From assembly GCF_032444005.1 (NCBI RefSeq), contig NC_091282.1, positions 719,200,001-719,264,000 on the forward strand: a stretch of DNA of 64,000 nt, given 5' to 3'. The translations under genes and the position numbers were made by a program. This DNA is from Ranitomeya imitator (Eukaryota). Positions within the stretch are counted from its first letter, which is position 1, and the number at the start of each line of letters is the position of its first letter. The notes beneath the pieces were generated by a model. The model worked only from the letters and a program-made list of their open reading frames with translations, searched no databases and had not been told where the DNA came from. This document shows, one piece after another, positions 1 to 10,152 of this stretch.

Positions 1-1183
1 AGCCACGCTACATACCTCCCCCCTCTGCCTAAAGCCGTGGGGCTTGGCACTTTCTCCCACTAGACAAGGGATTCTTGACAGGGCATCAGCATTACCGTGC
101 AGCTTTCCGGCCCTATGTTCCACATGGAAACAGAAGTCCTGCAGGGCTAAGAACCAACGGGTGACCCTAGCATTTCTACCCTTCGTTTCCCTCATCCACC
201 TAAGTGGGGCATGGTCGGATATCAGTCTAAATTTACGTCCCAGCAAATAGTACCGTAATGTGTCGACTGCCCATTTTATGGCCAAGCACTCCTTTTCAAC
301 GACTGAGTAGTTCTTTTCAGACGAGGACAGCTTCCTACTCAGATAGAGAACAGGATGCTCCTCTCCATGTAGTTCTTGGGAAAGGACTGCTCCCACCCCA
401 ACATCTGAGGCATCTGTTTGAAGAATAAACTCTTTCTTGAAGTTTGGGGCCATCAGAACGGGTTGCTTACATAAAGCCTCTTTCATTTCTTGGAAGGCTG
501 AATCTGTTTCTTCGGACCACTTAACCATTACTGATTTTGTCCCTTTTAGCAGGTCAGTCAGAGGCGCCGCCATTGTGGCGAAGTTTGGGATGAACCTCCT
601 GTAATATCCCACGATTCCCAGGAAGGCTTTAACTTGCTTCTTGGAAACTGGTTTTGGCCATGTTTGAATTGCCTCCACTTTACTGATTTGGGGTTTTATT
701 TCTCCATGACCCACTATGTATCCAAGGTACTTAGCTTCTTCTTTACCCAATGCACACTTCTTCGGGTTTATTGTAAATCCGGCCTCTCTTATAGCATCAA
801 ACACCGCTTGGACTTTCTCCAGATGACTCTCCCAGTCCGGGCTAAAGATGACGATATCATCTAGGTACGCAGCAGCGTATGCCTTGTGGGGTGCAAGGAC
901 TCTATCCATAGCCCTTTGGAAGGTGGCCGGAGCTCCCTGTAGGCCAAATGGCATCCGGACATACTGGAAGCACCCATCTGGTGTAGAAAACGCCGTCTTC
1001 TCCTTGGCTTCCTGTGCCATGGGGATCTGCCAATACCCCTTCGTCAAATCCAAGGTGGTTATGTACCTGGCGGGCCCAAGCCTTTCGATGAGCTCATCAA
1101 CGCGGGGCATGGGATATGCGTCGAACTTAGAGACCTCATTCAACTTCCTATAGTCGTTGCAAAATCTCCACTCCCCATCAGGT
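1..1183 (-). pseudogene. Reverse transcriptase-RNase H part of Gmr1-like pol (frame runs off the window, so it is absent from the ORF track)
   Basis: Hand translation gives KPDGEWRFCNDYRKLNE, LDLTKGYWQ, MPFGL, AAYLDDIVIF (~855-870), QTDASDVGVGAVLSQ and NADALSR. It joins the upstream ORF by a 1-bp frameshift near 1183. Confidence 0.88.
13..26 (-). promoter_or_regulatory. Polypurine tract of the Gmr1-like element
   Basis: Minus strand AGAGGGGGGAGGTA directly before TGTAGCGTGGCT (3' LTR start). Confidence 0.85.
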
Positions 1184-2201
1184 TTGGGACCAGGACAATT
1201 GGGCTCGACCAACCGCTCTTGGATTCCTCAATGACTCCAAGCTTCAACATACGCTCCACTTCCTTGGAGACTATTTCTCGACGGGCCTCAGGAATTCTAT
1301 AGGGCTTCACGTTCACGCGCACATGGGGCTCTGTCAGGACCTCATGCTCTATGACCTTCGTGTACCCAGGCAACTCGGAAAACAGGTCCCTGTTTTTCTG
1401 GAGTAACTCCCGGCATTGCTGTTTCTGGGACTCCGATAGCGTCTCCGCTATAGTAACCGCTCCAACCTCATCTTCTGGGTTGCTTAACAACGATGGAGTT
1501 ACTGTCGGCTCTCTATCTTGCCACGGCTTGATAAGGTTGACATGGTATACTTGGAATGGTTTCCGTCTTCCTGGTTGGTGAATTTTATAGTTTACTTCAC
1601 CAAGTTTCTCGACAACCTCATATGGCCCTTGCCATTTGGCCAAGAACTTGCTTTCCACTGTCGGAACTAACACAAGAACTCGGTCTCCCGGATTGAATTG
1701 CCTCACTCTTGCAGACCGGTTGTAGACCCTGGCCTGAGCTTCTTGTGCTTGGAGAAGGTGTTCTTTCACGATAGGCATCACCTTTGCAATCCTCTGCTGC
1801 ATCAGGGCCACATGCTCAATGACGCTTCTGTGGGGCGTGACTTCGGCTTCCCAGGTTTCCTTGGCTATATCCAGGAGTCCTCGTGGATGTCGGCCATACA
1901 GAAGCTCAAACGGTGAGAAACCTGTGGAGGCCTGTGGAACTTCACGAATGGAAAACATCAAATAGGGTAAGAGACAATCCCAGTCTCTACCGTCTTTTTC
2001 TATAGCTTTTCTCAGCATGCTCTTCAGTGTCTTGTTAAATCTCTCAACAAGGCCATCTGACTGGGGATGGTACACCGAGGTCCTCAACTGGGAGATTTTC
2101 AGGGCTTTGCATAGTTCCCTCATCACCTTGCTCATGAAAGGTGTCCCCTGGTCAGTCAGGATCTCCTTCGCCAGACCTGTCCGGGAAAAGACATGGACCA
2201 A
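1140..2201 (-). pseudogene. Integrase core/C-terminus and start of RT (Gmr1-like pol fragment)
   Basis: ILTDQGTPF, TSVYHPQSDGLVERFNKTLK, GFSPFELLYGR and KWQGPY (GPY/F), then KPYRIPEA...SSPIVLVP (RT N-terminus). Confidence 0.9.
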
Positions 2202-2209
2202 CTCGCGAG

Positions 2210-4213
2210 CTATACTCTTTTTGAAGAAGAATTTCTCAAGGGAATTGCCTCAGGATAGCGTGTGGCATAGTCCAGGATGACTAATATATACTGATGGCCC
2301 CGGGCTGATTTAACTAAGGGACCGACCAAGTCCATGGCAATTCTCTCGAATGGCACCTCAATAATGGGCAGTGACACAAGGGGGTTTCGGAAATGAGGAG
2401 TGGGAGCAGTTAGCTGACATGTAGGGCAGGACCTGCAATAGTTCACTATTTCCCGGTGGCACCCAGGCCAATAGAACCTCTGCACAACCCGTTCCTGCGT
2501 TTTTTCCACCCCTAGGTGTCCACCCAAGATGTGTGAATGGGCCATGTCCAACACCTTCCGTCTATATGGACCCGGCACTACCAACTGCTCTACCAACTCC
2601 TCCCTTATTTTCGTGACCCGGTACAACAACTCCCTGCTCATTAGAAAATGGGGAAATCTTGTGTCTGCCCCCGGCTCCTGTACCACCCCGTCAATAACTG
2701 TGACATTATTAAAGGCTTCCCTCAGAGTGGGGTCCCTATGTTGGGCAGTCCCAAAATTTTCACCGGATACCTCTAACTCCAGAATGTCAGATGCAGGGGA
2801 CACTTCCTCCTCATCTCCAGCCAGGACACAAAAAGGAAACCTGTCTGACTCTGGGTGTGGCACCACCCTTCCAGGGTTCACTGGTTCCCTACTCTTGCTA
2901 GGGAGCTCAGAACCTTTCCCCCACAAATCCCAAAACAAACAGAAATCCCGGCCAATAATTATAGGGTGCAACAAGTCCTGAACGACGCCGACTATGTGGG
3001 ACTCCGTGCCACATGTCGTTTCAATGTTCACACTGGCCACAGGGTAGTCCTTTGCATCACCATGTATGCACCGCACTCCGACCTTCTTTCCCGGGAGCAG
3101 GTGGAGAGGAAAAGTGGCCCTCACCAGGGTCACTAGGCTCCCCGAGTCTAACAGTGCCGTTACTGCTCGATCGTTCACCTTTACGGGACACGCTTGAGGT
3201 CCCTCGTTGGGCGGAGAGTTCACAATGCAGGCTGGATACGCATAGTATGAACAACGGCGTCCCATGCTACAGTCCATCTGCTCAGTGGTCTGGGAATATC
3301 GGGCAGCTATATGTCCTGGCTTGTGGCACCTCCAACAAACAATATCACCCGTAGGGACCTTGGGCACCACCTCCCCCGCCCTTGGTGACCTTGGACGCGC
3401 CACCCCTTTTTGGGGCTCAGCTTCCTTCTGGGACCCCCAGTATGGCATGGGCTGCCTCCTGAAGGAGCCTTCCAACCCTTGGTATCTCTCAACCAGTCCG
3501 ATCAGCTCGTCGGCATTCTGGGGATCACCCTGGGCAACCCAAGTCTGTATAGGCCTCGGGAGGGAATGGACAAACCGATCCATCATCACCCGTTCTACCA
3601 TTTGAGCAGGCGTAGATGACTCTGGCTGCAGCCATTTCTGGACCAGGTGCAACAGATCAAACATTTGGGAACGAGGTGGTTTGTCCCGGTGATAGCCCCA
3701 GGAGTGAACTCGCTGTGCCCTGACAGTCAGTGTCACCCCCAAACGTGCGAGAATCTCGGCTTTCAATTTGTGATACTCTTTGGCATCCTGCAAGGTCAAA
3801 TCATAGTACGCCTTCTGGGGTACTCCTGTCGGGTATGGCGCAAGTACCTCTGCCCACTGCTCTGGCGGAAGTTTTTCCCTCTCAGCGACCCTCTCAAACA
3901 CCGTCAGGAAGGCCTCAACATCATCCCCGGGAGTCATTTTCTGCAATGTGCGTCTTACCGTCTTTCGGACGTGGGTGTCATCAGCCAAACCTGGGGTTGG
4001 GGCGCTCGCCTTGCCCTGGATGGCGGTTGCCAGAAGCTGCATCTGCTGCTGGCTCTGTTGTAACTGCTGCCGTTGCTCCTGCTGGCTCTGTTGTATCTGC
4101 TGCATCAACAGCCTGTTGGTCTCTTGCTGCCTTTGCTCCTGCTGGACCAAGTGTTTCAGCAAGTCATAACATAGTAACATAGTAACATAGTTAGTAAGGC
4201 CGAAAAAAGACAT
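2210..4213 (-). CDS. Gag (SCAN-like capsid, degenerate zinc knuckle), aspartic protease and integrase zinc finger; the first ~16 codons come from the CR1 tail
   Basis: DDVEAFLTVFERVA, WLQPE...ERVMMDRF, CWRCHKPGHIAARY (last Cys to Tyr), LLDSGS, HSHILGGH...CRSCPTC, IAMDLVGP. Confidence 0.88.
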   Translation of the reverse strand: MSFFGLTNYVTMLLCYDLLKHLVQQEQRQQETNRLLMQQIQQSQQEQRQQLQQSQQQMQLLATAIQGKASAPTPGLADDTHVRKTVRRTLQKMTPGDDVEAFLTVFERVAEREKLPPEQWAEVLAPYPTGVPQKAYYDLTLQDAKEYHKLKAEILARLGVTLTVRAQRVHSWGYHRDKPPRSQMFDLLHLVQKWLQPESSTPAQMVERVMMDRFVHSLPRPIQTWVAQGDPQNADELIGLVERYQGLEGSFRRQPMPYWGSQKEAEPQKGVARPRSPRAGEVVPKVPTGDIVCWRCHKPGHIAARYSQTTEQMDCSMGRRCSYYAYPACIVNSPPNEGPQACPVKVNDRAVTALLDSGSLVTLVRATFPLHLLPGKKVGVRCIHGDAKDYPVASVNIETTCGTESHIVGVVQDLLHPIIIGRDFCLFWDLWGKGSELPSKSREPVNPGRVVPHPESDRFPFCVLAGDEEEVSPASDILELEVSGENFGTAQHRDPTLREAFNNVTVIDGVVQEPGADTRFPHFLMSRELLYRVTKIREELVEQLVVPGPYRRKVLDMAHSHILGGHLGVEKTQERVVQRFYWPGCHREIVNYCRSCPTCQLTAPTPHFRNPLVSLPIIEVPFERIAMDLVGPLVKSARGHQYILVILDYATRYPEAIPLRNSSSKRV

Positions 4214-4279
4214 TTGTCCATCCAGTTCAGCCTATATTCCATCATAATAAATACCCAGATCTACGTCCTTCTACAGAAC

Positions 4280-7186
4280 CTAATAATTGTATGATACAAT
4301 ATTGTTCTGCTCCAGGAAGACATCCAGGCCTCTCTTGAACCCCTCGACTGAGTTCGCCATCACCACCTCCTCAGGCAAGCAATTCCAGATTCTCACTGCC
4401 CTAACAGTAAAGAATCCTCTTCTATGTTGGTGGAAAAACCTTCTCTCCTCCAGACGCAAAGAATGCCCCCTTGTGCCCGTCACCTTCCTTGGTATAAACA
4501 GATCCTCAGCGAGATATTTGTATTGTCCAATTATATACTTATGCATGGTTATTAGATCGCCCCTCAGTCGTCTTTTTTCTAGACTAAATAATCCTAATTT
4601 CGCTAATCTATCTAGGTATTGTAGTTCTCCCATCCCCTTTATTAATTTTGTTGCCCTCCTTTGTACTCTCTCTAGTTCCATTATATCCTTCCTGAGCACC
4701 GGTGCCCAAAACTGGACACAGTACTCCATGTGCGGTCTAACTAGGGATTTGTACAGAGGCAGTATAATGCTCTCATCATGTGTATCCAGACCTCTTTTAA
4801 TGCACCCCATGATCCTGTTTGCCTTGGCAGCTGCTGCCTGGCACTGGCTGCTCCAGGTAAGTTTATCATTAACTAGGATCCCCAAGTCCTTCTCCCTGTC
4901 AGATTTACCCAGTGGTTTCCCGTTCAGTGTGTAATGGTGATATTGATTCCTTCTTCCCATGTGTATAACCTTACATTTATCATTGTTAAACCTCATCTGC
5001 CACCTTTCAGCCCAAGTTTCCAACTTATCCAGATCCATCTGTAGCAGAATACTATCTTCTCTTGTATTAACTGCTTTACATAGTTTTGTATCATCTGCAA
5101 ATATCGATATTTTACTGTGTAAACCTTCTACCAGATCATTAATGAATATGTTGAAGAGAGCAGGTCCCAATACCGACCCCTGCGGTACCCCACTGGTCAC
5201 AGCGACCCAGTTAGAGACTATACCATTTATAACCACCCTCTGCTTTCTATCACTAAGCCAGTTACTAACCCATTTACACACATTTTCCCCCAGACCAAGC
5301 ATTCTCATTTTGTGTACCAACCTCTTGTGCGGCACGGTATCAAACGCTTTGGAAAAATCGAGATATACCACGTCCAATGACTCACCGTGGTCCAGCCTAT
5401 AGCTTACCTCTTCATAAAAACTGATTAGATTGGTTTGACAGGAGCGATTTCTCATAAACCCATGCTGATATGGAGTTAAACAGTTATTCTCATTGAGATA
5501 ATCCAGAATAACATCCCTCAGAAACCCTTCAAATATTTTACCAACAATAGAGGTTAGACTTACTGGCCTATAATTTCCAGGTTCACTTTTAGAGCCCTTT
5601 TTGAATATTGGCACCACATTTGCTATGCGCCAGTCCTGCGGAACAGAGCCTGTCGCTATAGAGTCACTAAAAATAAGAAATAATGGTTTATCTATTACAT
5701 TACTTAGTTCTCTTAGTACTCGTGGGTGTATGCCATCCGGACCCGGAGATTTATCTATTTTAATCTTATTTAGCCGATTTCGCACCTCTTCTTGAGTTAG
5801 ATTGGTGACCCTTAATATAGGGTTTTCATTGTTTCTTGGGATTTCACCTAGCATTTCATTTTCCACCGTGAATACCGTGGAGAAGAAGGTGTTTAATATG
5901 TTAGCTTTTTCCTCGTCATCTACAACCATTCTTTCCTCACTATTTTTTAAGGGGCCTACATTTTCAGTTTTTATTCTTTTACTATTGATATAGTTGAAGA
6001 ACAGTTTGGGATTAGTTTTACTCTCCTTAGCAATGTGCTTCTCTGTTTCCTTTTTGGCAGCTTTAATTAGTTTTTTAGATAAAGTATTTTTCTCCCTATA
6101 GTTTTTTAGAGCTTCAATGGTGCCATCCTGCTTTAGTAGTGCAAATGCTTTCTTTTTACTGTTAATTGCCTGTCTTACTTCTTTGTTTAGCCACATTGGG
6201 TTTTTCCTATTTCTAGTCCTTTTATTCCCACAAGGTATAAACCGCTTACACTGCCTATTTAGGATGTTCTTAAACATTTCCCATTTATTATCTGTATTCT
6301 TATTTCTGAGGATATTGTCCCAGTCTACCAGATTAAGGGCATCTCTAAGCTGGTCAAACTTTGCCTTCCTAAAGTTCAATGTTTTTGTGACTCCCTGACA
6401 AGTCCCCCTAGTGAAAGACAGGTGAAACTGCACAATATTGTGGTCGCTATTTCCTAAATGCCCAACCACCTGCAGATTTGTTATTCTGTCAGGTCTATTA
6501 GATAGTATTAGGTCTAAAAGTGCTGCTCCTCTGGTTGGATTCTGCACCAATTGTGAAAGATAATTTTTCTTGGTTATTAGCAGAAACCTGTTGCCTTTAT
6601 GGGTTTCATAGGTTTCTGTTTCCCAGTTAATATCCGGGTAGTTAAAGTCCCCCATAACCAGGACCTCATTATGGGTTGCAGCTTCATCTATCTGCTTTAG
6701 AAGTAGACTTTCCATGGTTTCTGTTATATTTGGGGGTTTGTAACAGACCCCAATGAGAATTTTGTTACCATTTTTCCCTCCATGAATTTCAACCCATATG
6801 GACTCGACATCCTCATTCCCTTCGCTAATATCCTCCCTTAAAGTGGACTTTAGACAAGACTTTACATAGAGACAAACCCCTCCTCCTCTCCGATTTTTAC
6901 GATCGTTTCTAAACAGACTGTAACCCTGTAAGTTAACTGCCCAGTCATAGCTTTCATCTAACCATGTCTCGGTTATTCCCACTATGTCAAAGTTACCTGT
7001 AGATATTTCTGCTTCTAGTTCTTCCATCTTGTTTGTCAGGCTTCTGGCGTTTGCGAGCATGCAGTTTAGAGGATTTTGTTTTGTTCCAATCTCCTCATTG
7101 TGGATTGTTTTAGAAATGTTCTTACCTCCCTTCTGAGTATGTTTTCCTGGGTCGTCTTTGTTCGAGTCTAATGTTTTTCTTCCCAT
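4280..7186 (-). CDS. CR1 ORF2p: APE endonuclease plus reverse transcriptase, uninterrupted 968 aa
   Basis: VGITETW, GVCYKPP, MGDFNYP, SDHN (APE); KSPGPDG, NYRPVSLTS, YLDFSKAFD, GVPQGSVLGP, FADD (RT). Confidence 0.96.
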   Translation of the reverse strand: MGRKTLDSNKDDPGKHTQKGGKNISKTIHNEEIGTKQNPLNCMLANARSLTNKMEELEAEISTGNFDIVGITETWLDESYDWAVNLQGYSLFRNDRKNRRGGGVCLYVKSCLKSTLREDISEGNEDVESIWVEIHGGKNGNKILIGVCYKPPNITETMESLLLKQIDEAATHNEVLVMGDFNYPDINWETETYETHKGNRFLLITKKNYLSQLVQNPTRGAALLDLILSNRPDRITNLQVVGHLGNSDHNIVQFHLSFTRGTCQGVTKTLNFRKAKFDQLRDALNLVDWDNILRNKNTDNKWEMFKNILNRQCKRFIPCGNKRTRNRKNPMWLNKEVRQAINSKKKAFALLKQDGTIEALKNYREKNTLSKKLIKAAKKETEKHIAKESKTNPKLFFNYINSKRIKTENVGPLKNSEERMVVDDEEKANILNTFFSTVFTVENEMLGEIPRNNENPILRVTNLTQEEVRNRLNKIKIDKSPGPDGIHPRVLRELSNVIDKPLFLIFSDSIATGSVPQDWRIANVVPIFKKGSKSEPGNYRPVSLTSIVGKIFEGFLRDVILDYLNENNCLTPYQHGFMRNRSCQTNLISFYEEVSYRLDHGESLDVVYLDFSKAFDTVPHKRLVHKMRMLGLGENVCKWVSNWLSDRKQRVVINGIVSNWVAVTSGVPQGSVLGPALFNIFINDLVEGLHSKISIFADDTKLCKAVNTREDSILLQMDLDKLETWAERWQMRFNNDKCKVIHMGRRNQYHHYTLNGKPLGKSDREKDLGILVNDKLTWSSQCQAAAAKANRIMGCIKRGLDTHDESIILPLYKSLVRPHMEYCVQFWAPVLRKDIMELERVQRRATKLIKGMGELQYLDRLAKLGLFSLEKRRLRGDLITMHKYIIGQYKYLAEDLFIPRKVTGTRGHSLRLEERRFFHQHRRGFFTVRAVRIWNCLPEEVVMANSVEGFKRGLDVFLEQNNIVSYNY

Positions 7187-7197
7187 CCCCTCTTCTT

Positions 7198-7499
7198 CTA
7201 GTTTAACGCCCGCCTGATGAGTGTAGCGAGTCTTCTGGCGAATGTGTGTTTCCCAGGTTTGTTGAGGTGTAGTCCGTCTCTGGCGAGGAGTCCATCATAC
7301 CAGTAATTCACACCGTGGTCCAGGAATCCAAATCCTTGTTGTCTGCACCATCGTCTTAGCCAGTTGTTTGCATCAAGGATCCTGTTCCATCTCCTGGTGC
7401 CATGCCCGTCTACTGGAAGGATAGAAGAAAAAACTACCTGTGCATCCAGTTCCTTTACTTTCTTCCCCAACTCTTCAAAGTCCTTGCAGATTGTCGGAG
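7198..7499 (-). pseudogene. C-terminal fragment of CR1 ORF1p (SGNH esterase-like domain)
   Basis: VVFSSILPV...NNWLRRWCRQQGFGFLDH...DGLHL, typical of CR1 ORF1. Confidence 0.82.
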
Positions 7500-7591
7500 A
7501 AGTCCTCCATTTTCTCCGGCAATGCTTGCTGGCTTGAAACAGCCTTGACCCAGGACATTCAAAAATAAACTCACTTCTCCGCTGGGAACGC

Positions 7592-7611
7592 TGCTCGCAT
7601 GTCTACCACCA
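7592..7611 (-). promoter_or_regulatory. Primer-binding site of the Gmr1-like element, resembling a tRNA-Ala complement
   Basis: TGGTGGTAGACATGCGAGCA, 2 nt after the LTR end; a degenerate match to TGGTGGAGAATGCGGGCA. Confidence 0.6.
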
Positions 7612-7613
7612 AT

Positions 7614-8014
7614 TGTAGGGGTTCCACTCACTCAGCTGCGACGGCTGACACTCAGGAGGCAGGTTCCTTTAAAGTTCACTGGGTTTATTACTCCATAAAC
7701 CATATGACAAAACAACAGAAAGCAAATAGCCTTTGGTTCAGACAAAGAAAAAACAAGTGTCCAGTTCATCCGGCTCAGTCCTGAAGCCGTAACACACTCA
7801 GGAGGGTTTCACCTCCACACATATCTACCTGTGTTAAGCATTAGGCTTTCTTTTATATGTCTAACCACACCCAGAACCCATCACATGACCAGACATGTGG
7901 TTGTGACATCACCACAGGTCCTGAAACACATATAGGTAGCCATGGTTACATCACAGCAACAAGCCATCTATAAGACACATATCTCCCATCGATAAGACAT
8001 CCTTTAGCCACGCT

Positions 8015-8017
<3 letters not shown>
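7614..8017 (-). repeat. 5' LTR of the Gmr1-like element (404 bp)
   Basis: TGTA...TACA termini. The + strand end agccacgctaca is identical to positions 1-12. Flanked by ATAT/(TA)n. Confidence 0.9.

Positions 8018-8051
<34 letters not shown>
8018..8051. repeat. (TA)n microsatellite at the LTR insertion site
   Basis: Direct reading. Confidence 0.95.
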
Positions 8052-8054
<3 letters not shown>

Positions 8055-8315
8055 CTAGCCACCTTAGGGAGAGACCCAAGTTGGGCTAAATGTAGTGGGA
8101 CGAAAGAGACCGAAAAGCCCTCTGCTTGGTTGGCTGTGTAAATCCAAGAATCCAAAACACACAATTTTGTCATTTTTAATATTTTTAACAATTTACTCTG
8201 TTTTACGGTTTGGTTAGTTATTTTTTTTTATTTTGCTAGATTGGACTTTTCTGGAGTATTTTTTTTGTAATCTTTGTTTAAATGAGAAAAAAGGGGGTGA
8301 TTAAACTTTTTAAGT

Positions 8316-8347
<32 letters not shown>

Positions 8348-8741
8348 TCATTCATCTTAAAATTACTGTTTTCACTGTATTTGTATTAGTCCCCTTAGGG
8401 GACTTGAACCTGCAATTGTCTGCTTGCTTGTACTATATATAGCAATGCCATAGTATTGCTGCACATAGCAAGAATCACAATCCCCTTTGAGGCCTGACCA
8501 GATCTTCAACAGATTCATGGTCGTTATAGGAACTCATCGGTGCCCCATGATGGGCGTATACATCGACGCGCCTCCATACATGCTGTTAAATTCTGCTGTA
8601 CGTCTCTCACAGCAGCAAAAACATGTTAACAGACGCTGGCTAAACACTGCTCCACCTGTGGTTCTGCATAAATGAGTATACCCTCTTTGGAAAAGTAAGA
8701 TTTAATAAGTTATATTATTAGCCTTACGGTCACGCCAAGGG

Positions 8742-9499
8742 TGTGACAGGGTCACTGGCACAAGTGTATGAAGGGAGATATGTGTCACTGAGCATACTAG
8801 CTTCAGTGATGTAAAACTAGAATAGTTTTCCTCCAGCATGTTATGTGCTGAGAGGCTTAAGTTATGCTATGGGCTGATTTCAGTTTTAGTGGACCTTCAT
8901 AGATTGGGAGGGAGAAGGTCCACCGTATCTCCACCTGCAGAGTCCTGACAGGACCTATGTGATGTCACGATCATGTGATCCTCACATGGGGTGTTAAATA
9001 CCTGGACATGAAAGTTAGGCCGAGGTCACACTTGCGAATGCAATGCAAGAAACTTGCGCATCAATACCCGGCACTGCCGCCGGCATTTGGGACCGGAGCG
9101 TTCAGCTGCATAGAAATACATGCAGCTGCACGCTTCGGTCCCTAATGCCGGCAGCAGTGTCAGGTATTGATGCGAGAGACTAGCGCGAGTTTCTCGCATT
9201 GCACTCACAAGTGTAAGTCCGGCCTTAGTGTGTGGGTGTCTTCGGAGAGGAGGTACTCCCACATAGCTCCAAGGAGGAGCCATGGACAGTGTGTGGTGTG
9301 TTCAGGTTGAAACCTGCAGAGAAAGGACTCTGTTGAACTTTGTTTTGTTTTGTTTTTGGTTAAGCCAGGAAGACTCTGCTTTTGTTTTTCTGAACCTTGC
9401 CTTGGTGTATGCTAACTTTAATAAACTAGCAGGTGTTTCTCTACCAAAGTGTTCCTGTATCCACCTGAAGAGGCAGCTACGCATGTTTAACCCCTCACA
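8742..9499 (+). mobile_element. Solo LTR (Gmr1-related family) containing a MITE
   Basis: TGTGACAGG...CCCCTCACA termini; homologous along its length to the reverse complement of 60618-61132. Confidence 0.75.
9018..9224. mobile_element. Palindromic MITE, PIF/Harbinger-like
   Basis: GGCCG..CACACTTG / CAAGTGT..CGGCC termini; TTA on both sides. Confidence 0.8.
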
Positions 9500-9539
9500 G
9501 GGGTTAAAACAAATGTTCTATGAAACTCAGTCTTGTCAA

Positions 9540-9626
9540 AATTTTGGAAATTGTCATTGTAGTCAGTGGCACATTGATTTAAATCTTACTTTTCAAAGGG
9601 GGTGTAGTCATTTATGCTGAGCACTG
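9540..9626. mobile_element. Tc1 terminal fragment
   Basis: ggggtgtagtcatttatgctgagcactg|TA matches the reverse complement of the TIR at 61153. Confidence 0.65.
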
Positions 9627-9640
9627 TATATTACAAAGAA

Positions 9641-9826
9641 GCCACGTTCAGTATTTTGGTCAGTGTTTTACATCAGTATCTGTAAGTCAAAATCTGAAGT
9701 GGAACAATCGGAGGAAAAGTATAATAGAAACACATCATCACTTCTGTATTTTTCACCCACTCCTGGTTTTGGTTCACAAATACTGATGTAAAATACTGAC
9801 CAAATACTGAACTTGTGAATGTGGCC
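9641..9826. mobile_element. Palindromic MITE, Harbinger-like
   Basis: gccacgttcagtattttggtcag / ctgaccaaatactgaac...gtggcc|tta arms. Confidence 0.7.
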
Positions 9827-9849
9827 TTAAAATATTAAAAGTGACAGAC

Positions 9850-10150
9850 TCGTACAGAGAGGAGAGGACCCTGGCCTCACAAGCTTACAATCTACTAGGT
9901 ATTGGGGAAGTAGACAGTAGGTTGAGGGGTTGGAGCAGCTCCAGTGGCAGTGGGGTTATTGCAGACATTAAGCTTTTCTAAAGACATGTGATTTCAGGTT
10001 ACATTTGAATGTTTAAATTGTGGGAGACCATCGGATGTGCTGAGGCATTGAACTCTGGAATATCGGTGACTCCCAGGAGAGGCCTTGGAGGACAGAAGTA
10101 GATTTAGTGAGATCTAGACATTGTTTGAGAAGATATCGGAAAGTATCTTG
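9850..10150 (-). mobile_element. Degraded L2-like LINE 3' fragment
   Basis: ccctg..cacaagcttacaatcta motif shared with 28890-28910. Boundaries approximate. Confidence 0.45.
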
Positions 10151-10152
10151 TT

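Larger units (their letters stand above)
4166..7499 (-). mobile_element. CR1 LINE, 5'-truncated within ORF1
   Basis: (TTACTATG)n 3' tail at 4166-4190, full ORF2, ORF1 remnant, and a 5-bp duplication AAGTC at 4161-4165 and 7500-7504. Confidence 0.95.
1..8017 (-). mobile_element. Gmr1-like Ty3/Gypsy LTR retrotransposon, near full length (3' LTR runs off the window start), interrupted by a CR1 LINE
   Basis: 5' LTR 7614-8017 (TGTA...TACA). Its sense start TGTAGCGTGGCT recurs at 12..1 next to a polypurine tract. Also a PBS, a SCAN-like Gag, protease LLDSGS, integrase and then RT/RNase H. Confidence 0.93.
8200..9507 (+). mobile_element. 3' part of a non-autonomous TTAA (piggyBac-like) element; a solo LTR is inserted in its terminal AAGGGG-TTAA
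   Basis: Internal blocks resemble 45600-46100. The terminus ccaaggg|ggggttaa is split by the LTR. The left boundary is approximate. Confidence 0.5.

Noticed and set aside
2205-2230. Programmed ribosomal frameshift
   Set aside because: It falls inside the integrase core rather than at a gag-pol boundary, so decay or a homopolymer error is more likely.
4287-6398. Plus-strand ORFs (for example the 215-aa ORF, repeated at 29657-30304)
   Set aside because: These are antisense shadows of CR1 ORF2, and the repeat simply reflects the duplicated LINE.
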